From: Aplysia californica | Taxonomy: Eukaryota | DNA: 64,000 nucleotides | Direction: 5' to 3' | Assembly (NCBI RefSeq): GCF_000002075.1 | Contig: NW_004797418.1 | Span: 427,090-491,089 of the forward strand | Shown here: positions 13,642 through 26,065 of the stretch, piece by piece | Position numbering within the stretch: the stretch's first letter is position 1 | Layout: the number at the start of each line of letters is the position of its first letter | Program-made: the position numbers and the translations under genes | The notes under the pieces: generated by a model | Database searches by the model: none | Told to the model about the DNA's origin: nothing | The model's input: the letters and a program-made list of their open reading frames with translations, nothing else

Positions 13642-16600
13642 ATGGATTATGTGACGGGATGGATGCTTGATGCATTCAACATGGTAAGGATTTATATTTG
13701 CTTTGTAGGATGAAAATGTCATCATATTAATCTAGATTTTTGTATCCCTAAGTGTTTACCTCTTTTCATTTTTATCTTCATTCTTGAAAAAGAGAATGCA
13801 GTGCTTAAGTCATACTTGTGCTTCATGACTAAATGACTAACATCCAAAGAAGTTTATTTTCACTTTTCATTCATTGACTCTGCTGATGAAGGAAAGATAA
13901 AACAGTGTGTTCTTTTCTTAACACTGGCTACATGAGAGTTTTTTTTGTGTACCTATTTTGATTATTCTTTCATTCACCCGAGAACTCCTAATAAAAATAA
14001 AAATAATAAATAATAATATTTTATATTTATGTTATAGCACATTTCCCCCCAAAAAGTAGCTCTATGCGCTTAAAAGGGACCTGTTTTCAGTAATGTCGAA
14101 AATCGATATTTGTGGCTTAAACTTGTCATGGTTAAAAATGTGATCAGGTTGCTGCCAGCGTTTCACTGGTGCAACGGCTCTGACTGGAGATGAGGAGTTA
14201 GCTTTCATGTCTGTAAATTGTAAAGTAAACTCTGATTTCAGCAACAGTCTCGCCCTCCATCAGAGGATGCTATCTCAGCTAAAGTGAAACAAGAACGTGT
14301 TTAGATACTAGTGTACAGTGTATAGAGAAACTCGGAGAGGTGAGATTCTAATATACAGAGCACATTGTAGAAAGTTTCATCAAATCTCTATTTGATTATT
14401 TTTTTATGGCTGCCAGGTTTTCCTTTTTTATGTAGGAACAAAAAGGCACAATTTGAATATATATACTCTCTTATTTAATTCCATCAGGGTAAGCCAGATT
14501 TTCCTTCATGGGGGGAAAGAGCTACTATTTTGACACAACACACAAATGATTCGACTTGCGATTTTGAAAAATTCATGTGTTTGATTACGAAAATCTGTTT
14601 AATTTAATTGAATATTCAATTGTTTTGTGCCAAAAAGGTAACTTTTGCTCCATCCATGAAGGGAAATCTGGCTGACCTAGACAGAATCAAATTGGCAATG
14701 TACAATGAGTATCATCCTCCAAAATAAATTTTTTTCGATTTTGTATATCACGATTTTATATGGGGGATGAAAACAATCAATCAGAAGGCTATTAAGTAGG
14801 CCTATTACATGGTCAGATCTTTTGTTTGCGCACACGGACCAGAATGCAAAGTGTAGAAGTAGAAGTCAAGTTAATGTAGTGTGCCCTGGCCAGTGTCATC
14901 CCAGTTGCATCAAACCGTATCAAATAGGTTAAAAAGTAATATATGTTCTCTTTCTCAAACCAGAAGGGGGGGGGGGGGGGGGGGGTTATATTATGTTAAG
15001 TGGACCATGAGATTTTATACTTTTGCATTATGACTCAGCATGAACTTGAAAATTGAATTTGATTTTTCTTTTTTTTTTCTTTTTTTTTCTCACTATTTTT
15101 CATTTTAGAGTAAAACAGCAGCAAGAGGATTATTGTCTGGCTTGACGACATCTGACAGATTGTCTGCTAGGATTGCTGAATTGGAGGCTGAGTTAAAAGC
15201 TGCTAAAACTAACCAGGTATGTGATGCCAATGTGAACTTAATGTGGGTACGAAATATCAAGAATGCAAGAAATATCAATTTGTCAATGTGAAGGAGAGAA
15301 AGTAGACTTGTTAACAATGGTAGACTTATGTAACTGTGGCTAGTTGTGCAGGAAAGAAAATGTAAACTTTGTCTAGATGGATGCTTTGGTTAAGTATTTG
15401 GTAGTCTAATTACTGGGATTTAGCATATCACTTGTGTTTGAATGGTTTATCATTCCCCCCCCCCCCCCCCCCCCCCCATTGGGTTCCAAGGGGAAAGGGG
15501 GAGGCCAGGGCCCAGGTCTTCAGGGTTGGCCCCCCCCCGGGGAAGGGCCCGCAAAATGGTTGTGGCCGGCTGCTTTTAAGGCAGGTTTTTACTTTTTGTG
15601 CAAACAAAGGGGGGAAGGGGGGGGGGTCCAAAAAAAAAACAGTGACAAACGATATTGAAGCAGTATGCATGACATCGCTTTGCCTAGGTGGCAGACAGAG
15701 CTACTTCCCACTCTTCAGATCTTGATATGTTTGGAGTCAAGGAAGGTGTAAGGGTGTGTCATACTATTTGGGTGTGTTGGAGGGGGGAGTGGGGAGGGGG
15801 GTTGTCAATGTGTCGGTTTAATACCCTTTCAACACTGTAAGGTTTTTAAGAGGCAGGATTTCTAAGTTTAACACTCATCTTCTATAAGACTGAGCCAAAA
15901 CACCCCAAATCAAGTTCAGAATGTCTTGTTTGGGGATTTGACTAAGGCCATCAGTTCCATAGTCCAAAATGATATCAACTTAGCCAGTAGTGCACATTTG
16001 CTGTTATAGATCAGTACTGGTTATGCAGGCTTGCCAACTGTCCAGAATTTTCAAGGACTGTCCATGATTCGACTATTGGTAATTTTAAAGCCTTGTCTCT
16101 TACACTGTACCAAAACCAGTCCCACTTGATGGAATTTTGCTCTTTCTAACATAATATGATGTTATAACGTTGGGGATCCCTTATTGGGCTTTGTAACAAC
16201 TTTCTAGTTGCTTTCTGTCATTTGGATTTGTGACAACATATTTCCCCAATGACTACTACAAGAACAAAAGGAAATGAAGAAAGTGGTATACAGTAGTCTC
16301 TGCCACAGATCCCTGTGCTTCGGAGCAAGGTAAGTGCGGGATCGTGGGCCAATGTGGTACTTCAGAGAAGTATTTTAGTGTTGACTTTTGTGTAGTTATA
16401 ATTTTGCTTTCTTGAAACAGCGGGATCATAAGTGAACTGAGATTGTAAGTGGTGGATCTTATCCAAAGACAATTGTGTACTGACATCTTTTCTTTTCTCC
16501 TTTTCATGTTCAGGTTGTTGAGCAGCTCCAAGTCGGACTCTGAGGCTCATTCTCACGGGCCAGCGGTGTCCGAGGTTTCGTCTTTTGTCAGCGAGAAGGC

Positions 16601-19600
16601 AAGAGGCAAAGAGTATGCCCCTCCTGATATGCTCGTATCCAGCGCGGCTGCACCAGCCCCACCTCCTCCTCCTCCTCCTCCTCCTCCTCCTCCTCCTCCT
16701 CCTCCTCCTCCTCCTCCTCCTCCCCCACCCCCACCCCCACCCTATTTTATGCCTGTGATTCGAAGATTGAAGACAGATGTTCAGACAAAGGATCAGGTCA
16801 TGAAGAAAATGAGGGTGAGTGAAAGTCATTTTTGTTTTTTGGTCATTTCACGTAGAATGGTTATTATGGCTTGTTGCCAATATTTTTTTTCTCTTCAAGT
16901 GACGGATCTGCAACAGATATTGGACCTGTCTGTGGTGTAATGGTTTGGTGCTTAGCTGTTGCATGCAAGAGATCTGAGATCGATTCTCAATTGGGGAGAA
17001 CATTTTTATAAAGTACCTTCATCTTTCTGCTGAGATGTATCCCTCTCAGGCTGGGTTGGGCCCGACTGGCAGGGTCAAAAGCCCACCTCTTAAATAATCT
17101 GAATTGTGTCGATGGGAGTATAAAAGCAACTACATAAAAAAAAAAAAGCCAGCACCGGTTTTTCTGCGGGATGTTCTTGAAAAAACAAATTGCCTTTGTT
17201 TATTCACATCACCTGTTTGTAAGTTTTGATAGATCTTTTCTTCTGTTTTGGTATATTTTTTAGTTTTTGGTTTGTTTGTTGTTGTTTTTTTGGGGGGGCA
17301 GGGGTTCTTTTGCACACTTCAGTGGTCACTGATTTCTAATGCTCAAAGATTTTAAAGTTTTTCTGAATCTGAGTCATTGGATACTGTTAAAAAGATAAAA
17401 TCACTAAACTGTATTATTATTATCCTGTTTTTTTCCTGTCACCTGTCATCTATTTTTCCAAGTCTGTGTCTAGCTTGTCAGTTGGCTCAAACGAAAATAA
17501 ACAAGTCTGCTGCACACCTCCCGTGCCATGGACGATACGCCACATGTCTGTCGGGTCCTCATCAATTGATCATTTTTCATTTTTCTGTCGCAGGCGGTCG
17601 GCGGGACTCTGTTGCCTGAGGTCACTGTTGAGGCTCTGAGGAGCGTGAAGCTCAAGAGGACAGGCGGCCCCGACCTGAGGTCAAGAATCAACGAGGACGG
17701 AAACCTCTCTGCCAAGGTTGGTAGACATGTGAGATTATCATTAGATCAAATGGGAACTTTTGTGCCTTATTGCGTTGGATTTAAGTTTATGTGGAAGTTT
17801 TTCTTTTGATATACAGTTGGGTCCACTTAAAAGGAGTCCGGAAAAAACGAGAAGTCTGTTATAAAGAAACTATTCTAAAACCCCGTTTTTTTCTCCTCTT
17901 TATCTTTGTAAATAAAATACTGCTATAGCGCTATCAAACATGCGAGTCAGTTATAGCGGAATATTGCTGCTGCTGTGCTCAGTGCATAGGCCATTACAAA
18001 ACCTTGTCATTTGAGAAACTTGTTTGTGATCTTGAGAAACAAAGAATAGGAGAGCCCATGTGTGTCACCAATGAAGGCCGGAGCGACTGATTAGGGAGGC
18101 ATGCGCAGACAAGCAGAACGCATTGCGTGATAGGCCAGCGTACGCCTAGTTTAGTTATCAAGGCCTACCATGCCTCTCACTTCTCCGATGCGGGGATGAA
18201 GAGGTCACAGCAATGTGATGGATGGAGGGAATGTGTGACGTGCGCAAGCAGACAAAAAGCCCCACAGGGTGGGGTGGGGTGGGGGGAAACACAGCGGGCG
18301 AGTTAGCCCAGAGCCCTTTCTTTCTGATCGCCAATGCCGAGCTGTCAGTCCACATCGCTAGACCTAGAGCTAGAAAAAGAAACCTGATTCAATTTTTGAT
18401 CAAGTAAGACCTAGAGGTCATGTTGAAACAAAATGTGAGGTAGCGTGGTGGAATCAGGCTCTCGTCAATTTTAAGGCATGTAGAGTTATTGGTATCATCT
18501 TAAAGCTTGTTCTCTTGTCTTTGTTTGGATGAAAAAGATATCCATTTATCTTGAATACAAGTCGAGATATTTGGGAAAAAAGGAGGTGGGGTCATCTGTT
18601 TTCAGAGGTAGAATTAATGAGAAAATGGCTGCCAAAGATTAGTCATTTACATTTTTTGTGCCTTTAATCAACGTTTTTCAGAAAAATTCACACAGAAATG
18701 AGTTCTTTAATGCACACAGAAATGAGATATTTAATGGGCATGAAAGGTGTTGAGCCAAAAAACAAAAATTCAATAAAAAACCACAAACCTGCGGAAAAAT
18801 GCAAGTTTCTTCACTTTGATTATTTTGACGAGAGCCTGATTCCACCACGCTGCCTCACAAATCATCATTTGAGAGATAGCAAAAGGAAATAAACAGAACA
18901 CCAATCTCATAGATTAGGCCTACTTTACAGTTTCCCTTGAATTTATTACTGGATCCCTTATAGCGAGAATCCTGCTATAACGGACATTTTGCTCCTGTCC
19001 CCTCCCTCTCGTTATAACAGGATTCCACTGTGAAACTCAATATTTTTTAGGATTCCGGGGAAAGTTCATAGGTCTGATCATGAAGGGGTCGGCAGGTCTG
19101 CATAACGTAGACTTTCCACCAAAGTTGGTGAATGGGGTTTTTGAAATAATCTTTATGAGAAGGTTTTACCGTATGAAAATTTCTTCTGCAGCTCATAAAT
19201 CCCATCTGTTTTGTCTTCAGCCGCTTGCGCCCAGCAATCAGCCTGTAGTCACTCTGGCAGCGCTACAGCGTGTGTCGCTGAGGAAAACATCGCACGTCGT
19301 CAAGAGTCATGGTGACTGCGTTGAAGATGACGTGAGTCGGAAGGAGAAGGAGAACTCTGGGTAAGTTGTCAATCTCAAATGTTGTCTGCTGTTATGGCTC
19401 GAGTTTGCACAATAGCACTTTGTCTGGAGACTGATTTTTCTGAAAATTGTTCAGACTTTTTTTCTTAACATTTTATGTTTACACCTGAAACTGCTCTAAT
19501 AAAATGTTTTTAAAAATAACAAATTCAGTTTTATTGATCCGAGAAGGGCTATTTGGTTTACAATGGCAAACATACATATTACACACATGGTATACATAAA

Positions 19601-21801
19601 TACATTAATTTTAAATACAGGCATACATAAATGCATGCTCAAATACTTACATAAATACTCAATATTACATCAATACAGAACAATTTCACAAACATGACAT
19701 CGCTGGTCACCACTGTGCAGAGCCCTGAATATTGAGCTAGGGTTGTCGTGTCTTCCTCAAGGACACACCCCAGTGACCACCCATCTAAACTCAGTGTCAC
19801 CGACACTTGCTTGACATTACTTGAGTCTGAACTCACTGCTCACTTAACCCCTTTACTCTAATGAGCACCTATACAAGACAATCACCTGTACAAATGACCA
19901 CTTCCTACTCTATGATGTCCACCTGTCTGGGGCAACCACTTTTCTTTTCGGGCGCGTTAGGTTTCTCCGCCAATGACGCAAAAGGGGACTACCTGTCAAA
20001 GTCTGGAAATTGTTTCGCCGCAAATCGTATTCGAATACAAGTTACTTACACAGAAGATAGAAGATCAATTAATTTGTGAAAGCCTCTGAAACAAAATTTG
20101 TAAACGCTCCTAGGCCTACTGTGTCAATGAGAACTCGGGAGGGGTAAACTGTTATAATGACTCAATCTCTCCTTTTCTCCCTTCATTGTAAATACTGGTC
20201 TCGTTCTTGGTCATTCCCACTCTTTCACGTGAAGAATGGCAGCCCAGTTTGAACAGCTTTGGGGTTTTTCAACAACTTTATATCTGAGACATCACATTTT
20301 TATCTTCACTGTCATGACATTATATAAACCTATCCTGCTTAAAGTCCTACTTCCAAAACATATTCTTGTTCCCAAGAAAATTCATTGACCATCAGCAACT
20401 AACAAAGTTAAAACTGAACACAGCAAATTGCAAACAGCCCTTAACAGGCCCTGTGTACAATGGCAAATCAACATCGAGAAATTCGTCAAGTACGTGAGCT
20501 TCAAGCTTTTTAAATTCTGTCCTTAAGACACCACAACGTACTAAATTAAATCTAGTTGTAATCGAATTCAATTTGCGGCGAAACGACCATTCTTTTTTTC
20601 CTCAGGTAAACTATGTGACGTAATTGCGGCGAAATGTCAACCTCCCTTCTTTTCGACAGTGGGTGGCAGTCTAAGACAATTTATACTGCATTTCTTGAAA
20701 ATATTTGTTTTGCCAATGTATTCAGCCATTATGGAAACCCTGTGTAAGAACTTATAATAATTGTGTTGTTTCTTCTATTTCTCAGTGACGGTACCATGGT
20801 CGACATCCGCAAAGTTCTCAAACGAACAACCCTACAAAGGTAACTGTCTTTGCCCTTGTCTTTCAAGAATGTTTACTTCTCATATATAGATCAAGGATAT
20901 GTACTTTATCTGTGCAGGGCTGTATTTGTCTGTTAATATTTTTAACCATATATACTCACACACAGACAAGGATGTGTGGTTAGCAGCTGAGTTGTTATAA
21001 TGTTGAGCCATAGAGTGAATGACCCTTGTTTCTAATCCTCATTGCAGTGTTTTTCCGTTTGAGCAGTTGGGATTTTCTTTTTTTTTGGGGGGGGGGTAAG
21101 ACTGTCTATCCATTTAGCATGATCCTATGTTGATGATGGACATTGTGTTCTGAAAGTTTCGTTTCTGAATAATGTTTGGTGTTGAGATGGACTTTGAACT
21201 TGAACCATGGGTGGTTCAACAGGTTGACAAGTGGTCTGGTGTGGTTTACTCCTTCTTTCCTATCAAATATCTGTCGTTGTCCTTATCTCCTTGCTTTCTT
21301 TTTTGTGTTTGTTACTCTCTTGTAACACCTCTATCTTCAGCACTTATATTATCTTAAGGTGCTGTAAGTGTCGTGAAAATGCTAAAACTAAACTAGAACC
21401 TGAACCATAGTTACACACACATACCCACACAATCGTAATCTGACTGCTCAGGTGGGAGATGTAGGTGGTAAGAGGGCGCCACCGGTAGGTTTTTCTTTAC
21501 TTTCCTTCTTCTGATTCTCTCCATCTGTCTGTCTGGGTTTTTTTACCTACACTAAATAGCCATTACTGTACAGATGTGCATCTCTTTACTTAAACTTACT
21601 GCATGTGGTTGGAGGATTCCAGTGTTTGGCCCTACTTCTGTTCTTTCTTTCTTATGTTTCAGTCTGTCTGATTTGCTTTTTTCCTGCTCAAAATGACAGT
21701 TATAGAGTCATTGTTCTTCTCTTTACTCTAATTACTCAACTGTCTGCCCCCTCAGGAGTCCTGGAGGTACTCCCATGACAAGCAAGAGGACCAGATGTTA
21801 G
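13642..21801 (+). CDS. PRR11: Proline-rich protein 11-like (copy A); exon 3 unreadable in this assembly
   Basis: Exons 13642..13683, 15109..15216, [exon 3 about 15490-15650 garbled], 16514..16814 (P28), 17594..17716, 19221..19360, 20786..20839, 21756..21801. All splice sites are conserved with copy B, and the 7 readable exons have no stop or frameshift. Strong acceptor ttctccccag at 13598 gives a 43-nt 5' UTR portion. Confidence 0.75.
14462..14703. mobile_element. Old MITE with long imperfect inverted repeats (duplicate at about 42060-42300)
   Basis: agccagattttccttcatgg ... ccatgaagggaaatctggct inverted arms within intron 1. Confidence 0.55.
16291..16475. mobile_element. Degenerate Tigger/pogo-like MITE (duplicate 43894-44078; related element starts at 49595)
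   Basis: TA|cagtagtctctgccacagatcc ... ggatcttatccaaagacaattg. Same terminus family as cagtagtctccgcctaagatcc at 49595. Confidence 0.55.
17814..19030. mobile_element. Tigger-like non-autonomous element with internal insertion (duplicate 45396-46597)
   Basis: TA|cagt(g/t)g(a/g)gtccac... and ...ggattccactg termini; internal repeated gttataa/ctatagc motifs. Confidence 0.5.
19951..20646. mobile_element. Mutator-like MITE with 9-bp TSD (duplicate 47518-48237)
   Basis: TSD ttcttttcg at 19942-19950 and 20647-20655. Imperfect TIRs gg..gttaggtttc(g/t)ccgccaat / attgcggcgaaa(t/c)gtcaacctccc; subterminal tttcgccgcaaat repeats. Confidence 0.7.
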
Positions 21802-22261
21802 TCCAGACAGGGGTACAAGGGAACAAATGCTTCATTGTCATAGGTAGGTAACAACTGCTATTTGTGTAGTGACAATGCTTTGTTTGTCTCGCTCAGCTGT
21901 TCCAAGATGTTTTGTTTTTGTCTCTCTAACTTTGGAACTAAAGAAGTTAGATTAATACTATTTTCTCATTTAATCTGATATCAATAGTATTACTTGTATA
22001 TTGTCAAAATGCCACATGTGGCTCATTTTGTCATTTAGTTATATATTTTGACTGCTTAGTGTTTTAATGGCATCTTTGGGAGATGATTTTTCTTTTGTTT
22101 TCCACTGTTGTTTCTGTCTGTCTTACTTTGTCCCTATTCCAACAAATTGCTGTTGTGACGACTTGCTTCTCTTTACTCCAGCCCGTGGTTTAATAATAAT
22201 AATGAAGATCATTTCTATAGCGCCCACTCCTGTGTTACATAAATGCATGTACGAACAATAT

Positions 22262-22278
22262 TCACGCACGCGACACAC

Positions 22279-22314
<36 letters not shown>

Positions 22315-22382
22315 ATAGACACACACTTTCGCACACTCACGCACACGTGTGCACACACACATGCATGCCAAACACACACACA
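22262..22382. repeat. Imperfect (CA)n microsatellite
   Basis: Direct reading. Confidence 0.9.
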
Positions 22383-22912
22383 TAGACATCGTTTCAAAAT
22401 GAGTACATACACATGTATTATATATGATAAAATAAAATACACAATGCAATTCGCAAAATACAGAAATGGATATATCGTCATTTACATAACATTGTACTGA
22501 AACTGAATCTAGATCTAGTTATATAAAAATCATGTCATTAAATGTGTCTTTAAAGATTTTTTAAATTTAGACTCAGATGTTGTGTGTCCCAAGGGTTGGG
22601 GAAGAGAGTTCCAATTTGATGGAGCAAGGTTTGTGGGCTCTCTGGTGTGGTTTGCTCCTTCTTTCCTGTCAAACACCTGTCGTCCTTATCTCTCCTTTTT
22701 CTTTTTATGTTGCTCTCTTGTTAAACGTCTAATCCTCAATAATGACCAATTTGTGTGCCAAGTGCGTAAAATTCTTACTAAAAGCATCTTTAATCCAACA
22801 GATTTCTGACGCAAGCCTAATGGAGCATCCCAGCCTTTATAGACTGGACGAAACGGACAACTGGACTCCCAAACTGGCCGTACCGATGACGCACAGAGGT
22901 ATTGCTTACCTG

Positions 22913-23935
22913 TCTGCTGGACGTACAAACGACACAGAGACATCGATTACCGGTCTACTGGCAGTAGGAGTGATACAGAGACATGGCTTACCGGTCTACT
23001 GGCAGTAGGAGTGATACAGAGACACTGCTTACTGGTCTACTGGCTGTAGGAGTGATACAGAGACATCGCTTACTGGTCTACTGGCAGTAGAAGTGATACA
23101 GAGACACCTATCAGCTGTCTGCTGGCAGTAGGAGTGATACAGAGACATCGCTTACCGGTCTACTGGCAGTAGGAGTGATACAGAGACATCTATCTGTCTG
23201 CTGGCAGAAGAAGTGATACAGAGACATCTATTAGCTGTCTGCTGGCAGTAGGAGTGATACAGAGACATCTATCTGTCTGCTGGCAGAAGGAGTGATACAG
23301 AGACATCTCTTACTGTCTACTGGCAGTAGGAGTGATACAGAGACATCGCTTATCTGTCTACTGGCAGTAGGAGTGATACAGAGACATCTATCTGTCTGCT
23401 GGCAGTAGGAGTGATACAGAGACATCTATTAGCTGTCTGCTGGCAGAAGTGATACAGAGACATCTATTAGCTGTCTGCTGGCAGAAGTGATTCTAAGACA
23501 TCTATTATTAGCTGTCTACTGGCAGCAAGTGTGATGCAATAGGGATATTTATGAGCTGTGTACTGGCGGTAGGAGCTATTCAAAGACATCTATTACCTGT
23601 CTGCTGGAAATAAGAGTGATAAAGAGACATCTATTAGCTGTCTGCTGGCAGAAGTGATTCAAAGACATCTATTACATAGCTGTCTAATGGCTTAGGAGTA
23701 ATTCAGAGACAACTATTAGCTGTCTACTGGCTTTAGGAGTGATTCAAAGACATCTGTTTGCTGTGTACAGGCAGCAGGGGTGATTCAAAGACATCTATTA
23801 GCTGTGTACAGGCAGTAGGGGTGATTCAAAGACATCTATTAGCTGCCTACTGTCAATAGGAGTGAAACAGAGACATCTATTAGCTGTGTACTGGCAGTAG
23901 GAGTGATACAGAGATATCATTTACAGGTCTATTGA
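22913..23935. repeat. Minisatellite, about 36-41 bp unit (ctggcagtaggagtgatacagagacatc...), roughly 25 copies
   Basis: Direct tandem repeats with no unique spacers; unit variants change along the array. Confidence 0.95.
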
Positions 23936-24657
23936 ACGTACAAGCGACACACAAAGAATCACATCCCGTCTTGGTCTAGAACTAGGTTTCAGTGTTGATT
24001 CACTTCTTTCCAATGGATGTTGGTCTGCGCATCTGTGGATGTGGGCGTTGTTGTAGATGATATTGATACCCTTCTCTGAGCAGAAGGCTGGAAGTTGCCA
24101 CTTGCGGGCCCCCCTTTTTGTCTTTCACTCTGTGTTTTGTTCTGTTTATTTATTTTGTCTGTCCCTTGCCATAAATTACGATTATTTATTGTGCCAATGT
24201 GTTTTTCTTTGCTTTAATAAATTTCATGTGTATTTGAATGTGTGTTGGTTTTGTTTTTGTTCTCTGTAAATGCAGCATTTTCTAAAAAAAAGCTCAGATA
24301 ATGTCTGAAAGTCTATGGTAGTCTATGGTCTATGGACACTCATTACGATCATTCGACTGCGCTCAAAGATGCAATATACTTTGCTTACCACATAGATTTT
24401 TCTGTTCTGCTTTCTTTATCTGGATCTGTAAAGGCAAGCAAAAATTTGCCCTCTGTTCAACGTGGAAAGTCGTGCTTTTGATTTGTGCATGATGGTTTAA
24501 AATGTGCCTTAACGTTGCCTTAGTCTGCTGTTGGTCAGGCACATGTTCCTGCTTCATCTTTAAAGATTTAGACTGCTTTTAGTGTAATTTTAAAAAATAT
24601 ATTTAATGTATTCTGCTTATTTTTAGAAGCTGTCCCCGATGACACAACTTCCTTTAA

Positions 24658-26065
24658 CTCCCAGCAGTTCATGCAGTGCTATATGTGAGGCATCTTGGTG
24701 AAATCAGGCGCTTGTCAAAATATTAAAATCCGAGAAATCTGCTTTTTTCGACCAGTTTGGACATTTTTTCGAATTTTTGTTTTTTGACTCATCAATTTGT
24801 ATGTCCGTTCAAAAATACTTTTATGTGCGGATTTCTTTGAAAAACCCTGATTAGGGGCACAAAAAAATCAAATATGCTGTTTCCAAAGACTCTTAAGCTA
24901 TGGAAGTCACCAAACTTTGGCGGCCATTTTCTTGCAAATTTTTATTCTGAAACCAGGCGACCCCACCTTCAATCGCAAAATTGTGACTTTCATTCCAGAT
25001 AAATGAACATATTTCCTCAAAAGCTGGGGGCGAATGAATAACCTTTAAGATAATACCAATAACTCCACATGCCCGAAAATTGAAGAGTGTCTGATTCCAC
25101 CGCGTCGTGGCAGATGATGTATTATATACGATGGCTGATGATGTGGTATTTCGCCCATAAAATACATTGAATTTTATCAAGAAAGATTCTGTAAGGTATT
25201 TTTATCAAATAAAAATGACTGAATAGACTAAAAAATATAAAATAGGTATTGAAATTGGCGGTTTTATTATAAAATTCTCGCTCTGAAATTTCCAGCTTCA
25301 AGGGCTATAACCGAGAATTTGTAAAATGCACAACAATGGCCCTCATTTTTTTTATTTTTCAACAGAATGAGGTGTCTTTTACACATTACTTGCAGAATTG
25401 AATGTACTTTCTCATCAAATTAATGTAAATGTAAACTACATTGAAAAATATTTTTTTTCTTCTTCGTGATTGTCGGTAACACGAAAAACATGTCACATCT
25501 CAAGAAAGCTTGACAAATATAAAATCTTTTGACTAGGTCTGAAAGATCATCAAATTCCCTTTCTATTGACATATGATAAGTCTATCTGGAACTGATAGAT
25601 TATTGCAGGAAGTTGAGAGAGCAAAAAGTCATGATATGAAATTTCCAGATTCAAGGGCAATAACTAGGAATTGTAGGATGCATTAGAATGGCTCTCATTT
25701 CTTTATTTTCGAACAGAATGGTGTATCTTTGACACATAATATGCAGAACTGAATGCACTTTTCCATGAAATAATTGTTAACTCTAATTTCTCAAACCCTT
25801 TTTTTTCCATCTTTGTAACTGTTGGAAAAGTGTGATTTCTGGTGGGTTTTTTCTATTTTTAGTAACCAGAAAAAAAGGTCCCACTTCAAGACAGCTTAAC
25901 AAAAAAATGAAATCTATTGGGTAAGTCTGAAAGACCATCCAATTCCCTTTCCATTGATATGTAATATGTCTATCTGGAGTAGATAGATTATTGCATGAGG
26001 CTGGAGGGCATGGAGGACAACTGAAATATAAATGAAAAAGCCAAAATAGGCAAAACTGCCAGGAG
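24658..26065. mobile_element. Non-autonomous TTAA-specific (piggyBac-like) DNA element
   Basis: TTAA at 24654-24657 and 26066-26069. TIR ctcccagcagtt / aactgccaggag (10/12 match). Internal direct repeat of about 350 bp (about 25285-25610 vs 25638-25997). No transposase ORF. Confidence 0.65.

Larger units (their letters stand above)
1..22000 (+). repeat. Tandem segmental duplication, copy A (extends off the left edge of the window)
   Basis: Position 1 (actttaattgcttcaatgg) aligns to 29955. Colinear similarity continues through Gypsy, Academ, promoter modules and all gene exons until 22000, which matches 49594. Many ORF-track peptides occur twice (e.g. 156..338 vs 30110..30292; 17612..17809 vs 45194..45391). 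Confidence 0.95.

Noticed and set aside
15428-15725. Pro/Gly-rich ORFs at 15.4-15.7 kb
   Set aside because: Products of a homopolymer-smeared, probably erroneous segment; the true exon is legible in copy B.
16309-16329. Possible 21-nt micro-exon (cag|...caag|gtaagt)
   Set aside because: Lies within a MITE, the donor is absent in copy B, and it would not repair the reading phase.
16362-16829. Poly-Arg ORF on the minus strand
   Set aside because: Antisense shadow of the (CCT)n polyproline exon.
22067-22500. HT/CV-rich ORFs (also 4735-5074 and 34763-35107)
   Set aside because: Translations of (CA)n microsatellites.
22913-23935. CRISPR-like array
   Set aside because: The variable parts between conserved cores are short related variants, not unique spacers; eukaryotic context with no cas genes.
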